Assembly: GCF_035594765.1 (NCBI RefSeq)
Contig: NC_085845.1
Coordinates: 56,600,024 to 56,664,023 of the forward strand
Reading direction: 5' to 3'
Source: Anolis carolinensis
Lineage: Eukaryota
DNA length: 64,000 bases
A model generated the notes under the pieces. That model saw nothing but the letters and a program-made list of their open reading frames with translations, was not told where the DNA came from and made no database searches. Position 1 is the stretch's first letter. The number at the start of each line of letters is the position of its first letter. Made by a program: the position numbers and the translations under genes. This document shows, one piece after another, positions 62,020 through 64,000 of the stretch.

Positions 62020-62510
62020 TTACCTAAGTCAGTTCAGGTCCAGGCTATTTGGCTCACTGCATCCCCTTGTAAGAACCTGCCCAGGCCCTGAGATTCACAG
62101 ATCCCACCTTCTCTTAGTCCCACCTCCATCTCAAGCTTGATTGGTGGGAATGAGAGAGCCGGCCTTCTTTCTCAGTGGATACCCCTCAACTTTGGAACTC
62201 CCTGCTCAGGGAAGCCAGAATGGCTCTTTCCCTGATGTCCTTCTGGCAGCAGGCTAAAACCCTTTTATTCAAACAGGCATTTAAAGAAGAAGGCTTTTAA
62301 GATTGTGTCAGGGGTTGCTGTGATTTTATATGCTTGTATGGATTTAACCTGAATTGGTTTTAATGTTAATGATGTTTGATGCAGTTTTAATATTTGTATA
62401 TTTTAAATTGTATTGAAATGCTTTTAATTGTGAACCGCTTTGAGAATCCGTATGGAGAAAAAAAGCGGAATATAAATAAATATAATAATAATAATAATAA
62501 TAATAATAAA
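62020..62510 (+). mobile_element. L2 3' fragment with (TAA)n tail
   Basis: Homologous to the reverse complement of 52640-52950 (ctttggaactccctgc..gccagaatgg..caggctaaaacc); ends in (TAA)n. Confidence 0.82.
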
Positions 62511-62757
62511 TCTGTCTTGATAGATCATATTTTAATGTAAGCTCTGAAATTTAAATATAAAAGAAAAAAGACAGTAATATTACAATTTTACTTGATCTCA
62601 TTACAAAATTACTCCTTATTGATTCATTTGCAAATGCGGTTTATTTTTTAATACCATTAATATTTAATTCCATTTTACAACGAACAGATAGTATCTAATC
62701 CCTGAAAATAAACTTGTTTGTCTATCCCCATGTTGTCCTGGCCATGATTTAACTTTA

Positions 62758-63085
62758 CAGTGTTCCCTCACTTATTGTGGATTTGATTATTGCGGATTTG
62801 CTGTTTCACAGGTTTTTTCATATGGCCCACCCTCCCTCGCAAGCACAAAAGGGCCCAGGCTGAGGCACGCTGTCCTCCTCAGCTACCTGGAGTCAGTGCC
62901 AGTAGGCCCTGCCTGTGCCTCATCGCCTCAGTGAACAAGAAGGAATACAGTACAGTACATTAAAAGAGGGAGGGAGGGAGGGACGCGATATTTATTAAAA
63001 TAAATATAGTGTTCCTACTACTCAGATTTTCACTTAATGCAGGAGGTCTTGGAACGTAACCCCCGCAATAAGTGAGGGAGCACTC
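62758..63085. mobile_element. Tc1/mariner (Tigger/pogo-type) MITE
   Basis: TA|CAGTGTTCCCTCACTTATTG ... CAATAAGTGAGGGAGCACTC|TA; sibling of 12973. Confidence 0.88.
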
Positions 63086-63284
63086 TACTGCTCCTTCTCT
63101 TTTGCTAAAGTGTTTCATTGAAAAATTTAGATTTGTATAGGCAACAAGGCCTTTTGAATTATTACACAAATGATTTTTATTTGGCATAAACTTTTACGTA
63201 CCATTATCTATTTCATCAGATCTTCATCATGTTATCAGACTGATCTAATGGAATGGTCCACAAAGGGTTATGTCAAATAAAACT

Positions 63285-63755
63285 TAGAATAATAGAATCA
63301 TAGAGTTGGAAGAGACCACATGGGCCATCTAGTCCAACACCCTGCCATGCAGGAAAAGCACAATAAAAGTATCCCTGACAAATGACCACCCAGTGTCCAA
63401 AGAAGGAGCCTCCACCACGCTCCAAGGCAGAAAGTTCCACTGTTGAACAGATTGTACAGTCAGGAAGTTCTTCCTAATTTTTAGGTGGAATCTCCTTTCC
63501 TGCTATTTGAACCCATTGGTCCAAGTCCTAATCTCCAGGACAGCAGAAAACAAGCCTGCTCCTGCTTTCTTATAACATCCTTTCACACACACATCTATCA
63601 TGTCACCTCTCAACCTTCTGCAGGCTAAACAAGCCCAGTTCTTTAAGACGCTCCTCATAGGGCATGGTCTCCAGACCTTTGATCATTTTAGTTGCCCTCC
63701 TCTGGACACCTTACAGCTTGTCAATATCTCTCTTGAACTGTGGTGCCCACAATTG
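63285..63755 (-). mobile_element. CR1 LINE 3' end
   Basis: - strand reads [43 protein letters not shown]; (TTCTATGA)n-type terminal octamer. Confidence 0.93.
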
Positions 63756-64000
63756 TTAATGATATACAAAACCTATTAAGAGTATACCAAAAAAAATGTA
63801 ATAAGATGTCTTCTCTTCTGAAATTTTTTTGTTTTTGGGGAAGAGCCCTCCAGCAAGTAACAGTAGAGAAATGCAGTTCAATCCACTGTGCAAGATTTTA
63901 GGTCCTGCTTTGAGCATGAAACTATATATATATGTCAGATTCTTTAAGATAGATTTTTTAAGGCTGGGCTGATCAGAATACAGGACAATTAATACATGAA

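Noticed and set aside
61723-64000. TLL1 exon 4
   Set aside because: No RAATSRTERIWPGG-encoding sequence found; the region is L2, MITE and CR1, so exon 4 must lie downstream.

Overview
Vertebrate (squamate, most likely Anolis lizard) genomic DNA. The organism call rests on the repeats present: Sauria SINE, AnolisSINE2-like, 5S-derived SINE, Vingi, R4/Dong, L2, CR1, Penelope, hAT/Tc1-mariner/Harbinger MITEs and a Helitron. The whole window lies inside one + strand gene, tolloid-like 1 (TLL1). About 55 kb is the 3' part of the very large intron 1, followed by coding exon 2 (54977-55087, 111 nt, prodomain FWGDI motif), intron 2, coding exon 3 (61642-61722, 81 nt) and the start of intron 3. Exons 1 and 4 were not seen. 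Nearly all other ORFs in the track are TE fragments or spurious. Most notable structures: (i) a complete 2.6-kb non-autonomous Helitron (10163-12793, - strand) with tandem arrays, captured TE pieces and a promoter-like module (3 phased CCAAT boxes, 2 YY1 motifs, a splice donor) antisense to TLL1; (ii) a Tc1/mariner-type MITE (20416-21631) carrying a palindromic 90-bp minisatellite with a 270-bp higher-order repeat; (iii) a multi-layer TE nest in which an R4/Dong element sits in a (TAA)n apparently created by an L2 tail; (iv) an inverted Penelope pLTR with a decayed hammerhead ribozyme; (v) a Tigger4/Zombi-like element; (vi) a candidate 91-nt poison exon. No CRISPR array or prokaryote-type system is present. 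Family names come from recognised motifs, not database searches, and boundaries without TIR/TSD support are approximate.
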